Below, one piece after another: positions 60,356 to 64,000 of a stretch of DNA of 64,000 bases (positions are counted from its first letter, which is position 1; every line of letters starts with the position of its first letter). This stretch comes from Prorocentrum cordatum (lineage: Eukaryota). The position numbers and the translations under genes are program-made. Under the pieces are notes generated by a model, which saw only the letters and a program-made list of their open reading frames with translations, searched no databases and had not been told where the DNA came from. The stretch covers positions 310,001 to 374,000 of the forward strand of contig CAUYUJ010000203.1 of assembly GCA_963575745.1 (NCBI GenBank), written 5' to 3'.

Positions 60356-61859
60356 GGAGGAGTGGGTGTGAAAAGGAGAGGGTGTGGGAGGACTGCGCGG
60401 GGTGTCCAGAAAAAAATGTGTTTAATGACCAAGAGCAACAACATAGTCAAGATAACACGAGACATCGTCACCAATTTTTCCTAACCATTCTTGAATATTC
60501 CTCTAGTGGAAGGAAAAGCAAAAGACTTAATGCTAAGAAACCTTCCCCCTCCCCCTGCCTCAGTGTGCGCGCCGCCGAGAGAAGCGGGCGGGAAACGAGG
60601 GGGACAAGGCCTTGAGATCCTGACGTCTCCTTGTTTTCGAACCGGGCGCTCTCGCCCATGGGGCCCCGGGGCCCCGCGCCTTTCGTACGCCTTTCGTGGC
60701 CTTCTTGGGCCCCAGGGGGCCCCTTTCAGGCCCAGAGAGGTGAACCTGTCGATCGCCCCCCCCTCACCCCCATGCATCGCACCCCCGTCACTCGACGCCC
60801 GAAAAAACCCAGACATCCGACGTCTTGCTCTTCTCGAGACACTAGCCCCCGACCTCCCGATCGGTTACCCAAGACAATTTTTTCATCCCGAGTCCCTTTA
60901 GGATGGCCCCGAGGCCCCGCGAGGGCCCCGGCAGGCCGAAAACTATGAAAAACCTCCGTTTCGATCTTTTTCGACACGCCCAATGTCCGGGAAGATGAAA
61001 GATAGGGTCTGGTGGTCCGGTCGTGATTTTTATGGTGTCTCGATGCCGTCGCGCCGAACCGTCGGATCTCAGGGGGCGGGCGGGGGGGGGGCCGGCGGGC
61101 GCCGAAAGGGTGCCGCGGAGGCGCGGGGCGAAGGGGGCGGGGGCGCGGAGGAGGCGGGCTGGCGGGCGGGGTGCGTGGGGCGGGGGGGGGAGCAGCGGGG
61201 ACGTGGGGGGAGGGGGGCAAAACGGAAAATGGCAGGAGGGAGGGGGCAGGAGGGAGGTGCGGAGGAGGACGGGGGAGGCAGGAGTAAAAGGGGTAGGAGG
61301 CGGGGCGCAGGAGGGAGGAGGGCGGAGGAGGAGTAGAATAGAGGATGCGCGTGGAACGCGAAAAAGGAGAGGGGGAGGGGAGGAGCAGTGGGGCGAAGGA
61401 TGGGATGGAGAAATGGGAACGACGAGGGTGACCAAGAAAACGCCAGCTTGTCTCTGCGAGATCATGGGTGGAAGTAGCGGGCCTTGCGATGCAAATGGTA
61501 AGATATCCAAAAATGCTTGCGTTGCTGGGGGGTGAGGGTGGACGATATGAACAGACCGGATAAACATGTGGGGGGAGTGAAACGGAAAACGGGGAGGAGG
61601 ATGATATAGAAGGAGGAGGAGGAAAGAGAAGAAGACACGAGGAGGGGATAAAGGGATACTTGACAAAGACAAGGAACGTGAAGGGAAGAGGCCAGGCGAC
61701 TGAAGAAGACATGAGGCGGGAGAGGGGATGGAATATAAAGGGGGACGACACGAAGGGAAGAGGGAAATGGAGGGCGTGGAGAAGGTGGGGGCGAATAGGA
61801 ACACGACGGTCACCAGCGGAAGCGGAAGCGGTCGAGAAAGTGGCAGCAGCGGTACAGCT

Positions 61860-61981
61860 AGCGGTCTCAGTAGCACTAGCGGTAGTAGTAGCAACAGTAC
61901 TAATAGGTCGTTGTCGTCGTCGTCGTGGTGATCGCCGTCGTCGTAGTAGTAGTCGTCGTAGTAGTAGTCGTAGTAAGAGTC

Positions 61982-62025
<44 letters not shown>

Positions 62026-62032
62026 CGTAGTG

Positions 62033-62079
<47 letters not shown>

Positions 62080-62096
62080 CGTCGAAGTAGTAGTAA

Positions 62097-62141
<45 letters not shown>

Positions 62142-62181
62142 AAGTAGAAGTAGTAGTAGTAGTAGCAGTAGTAGTAGTAGC

Positions 62182-62213
<32 letters not shown>

Positions 62214-62506
62214 TACTAGTAGTTGTCGTAGTAGTAATAGTAGTAGTAGTAGTAGTAGTAGCAGTAGCTGTAGAAGCAGAAGTTGCACTACTAGTAGTAG
62301 TTGTAGTTGTAGTAGTAGAAATCATAGTAGTAGTACTAGGAATAGGAGTAAGAGTAATAGTAAGAGAAGTATTAATACTAGTAGTAGTAGTAGTCGTAGT
62401 AATAGTAGTAGTAGTAGTCGTAGTAGTAGTAATAGTAGTAGTAGTAGTCGTAGTGGTAGTACTAGTAGTTGTCGTAGTACTAGTAGTTGTCGTAGTGGTA
62501 GTAGTA

Positions 62507-62539
<33 letters not shown>

Positions 62540-64000
62540 ATAGTAGTAGTAGTAGTAGTAGTAGCTATAGAAGCAGAAGTTGCACTACTAGTAGTAGTTG
62601 TAGTTGTAGTAGTAGAAATCATAGCTGTAGTACTAGGAATAGGAGTAAGAGTAATAGTAAGAGAATTATTAGTAATAGTAGTAGTAGCAGTAGGAAATGT
62701 AGCCGTAGTAGTCGTAGTAGTAGGGGTAGTAGTAGTAGTAGTAGTAGTAGTAGCAGCAGCAGCAGTAGTAGTAGTAGTAGTAGTAATAGTAGTAACAATA
62801 GTGGTAGTGGTGCTAGTAGTGGTAGTGGTAGTAGTGGTAGTGCTAGTAGTGGTGCTAGTAGTGGTAGTGGTACTAGTAGAAGAAGAAGAAGAAGCTGTAA
62901 TAGTAGTAGTAGTCGTAGTAAAAATTCTACGATATGTACTAACACGAAAGGTAGAAGCCGCAATACTAAAAATAATAATAGAAATAGTAGTCGGAATCGT
63001 ATTGGCAATAGTAGTAGTAGCCGTGGAAGAAAGAGACGTCGTAGTAACAGAAATAGTAATAGTAGTAGTAGTAGTAGTAGCAGCAGCAGCAGTAGTAGTA
63101 GTAGTAGTAGTGGTAGTAGTAAAAACAGTAGTAATAAACGTGGTGGTAGTATGCGTAGTCATAGGCGTAATGATCTTTTAGTAGATCAGTTAGTAGTAAC
63201 ATTAGTACAAATATCACTATTGCTGCTACTACTACGACTAGTACTGGTGTAGGAAAAGGAACAATACCAAAGCAACGACATTCGTAATCGTAAGGCCGCA
63301 GCCATAGTCGTAAACTCCGTAGTAGGTCGTAGCCGCAGAAGTCGTAGTAGTAGTACTAGCAGTAGTAACAAAAATAACAGTCATTTTAATATGATTAGTC
63401 GTGATAGTAGAAGTAGTAGTAGTAGGAGTAGTAGTAGGAGTAGACGTAGTAGTAATAATACAAATGCTGGTAGTCATAGCAATGGTGGTAGTGGCAACAA
63501 TAGAACTAAACATCGTAGTAGTGATCGTCATACCGGTAGTAGCAGTAGTAATGATAGGAATGGCAGTTGTAACAGTCAGAAGTGTAATGGTCGAGGTCGT
63601 AATTGGACGGGTAGTAGTGGTAACGGTAGTGCAGTAGCAGGTGGTAGTAATATTCTTGATAAAAGTAGTGGCCATAATAGACGTAGTCGTAGTAGCTGTC
63701 GTAATACCAGTAATAGCAGTAGTCGTGGTAATGGTAGTGGTAGTCGTAGCAGCGGTCGTCGTAGTAATAATACTGGGACAAATAAATTGCCATCGTAGTA
63801 GTAATAGTCGCCACGATAGTCGTAGTCGTCGTTGTTGTAGTCGTCGCAATCATAGAAACAGTAAAAGCTGTAGTCGTCGCAGTAGTCGTAGTCGTAGTAG
63901 TAGTTGCCACCGTATTGGTAAAACTATTAATTAGCAGCACTGGTACTAGCAAAGGTAGTCGTACTTGTAGTAGTCGTAGTAGTAGTACGGGTTGTAGTCG
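61860..64000. repeat. Degenerate (TAG)n array, more than 2 kb, running off the window
   Basis: Directly visible; it becomes more degenerate toward the end. Confidence 0.97.

Noticed and set aside
60726..63952. Long ORFs of 418-530 aa
   Set aside because: Translations of the (TAG)n array and G-rich low-complexity DNA.
1..64000. rRNA, tRNA, telomeric repeats or a full-length spliced leader
   Set aside because: None recognised by eye. tRNAscan-SE and Infernal were not run.

Overview
Repeat-dominated, GC-rich eukaryotic nuclear DNA with two 100-N scaffold gaps. It most resembles a core dinoflagellate (Prorocentrum-like); this is inferred from the repeat style, GC/GA-donor micro-exons and retroelement type. 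The main feature is a full-length but decayed ~8.0-kb Ty1/copia LTR retrotransposon (25055-33032, ACCTC target-site duplication). Its order is gag-zinc knuckle-protease-linker-[C5 DNA-methyltransferase-like domain]-integrase-RT-RNase H. The DNMT-like domain appears to lack its catalytic middle. The element also shows an overprinted second ORF, a possible read-through TGA with a downstream hairpin, and an odd right end. Elsewhere there are tandemly amplified HSP90 fragments at the window start, candidate micro-exons of unidentified genes and LINE relics. There are also three palindromic MITE-like families, 77-, ~107- and ~160-bp minisatellites, and kilobase trinucleotide arrays that produce most of the long spurious ORFs. 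All domain calls are by-eye motif recognition, not database searches.
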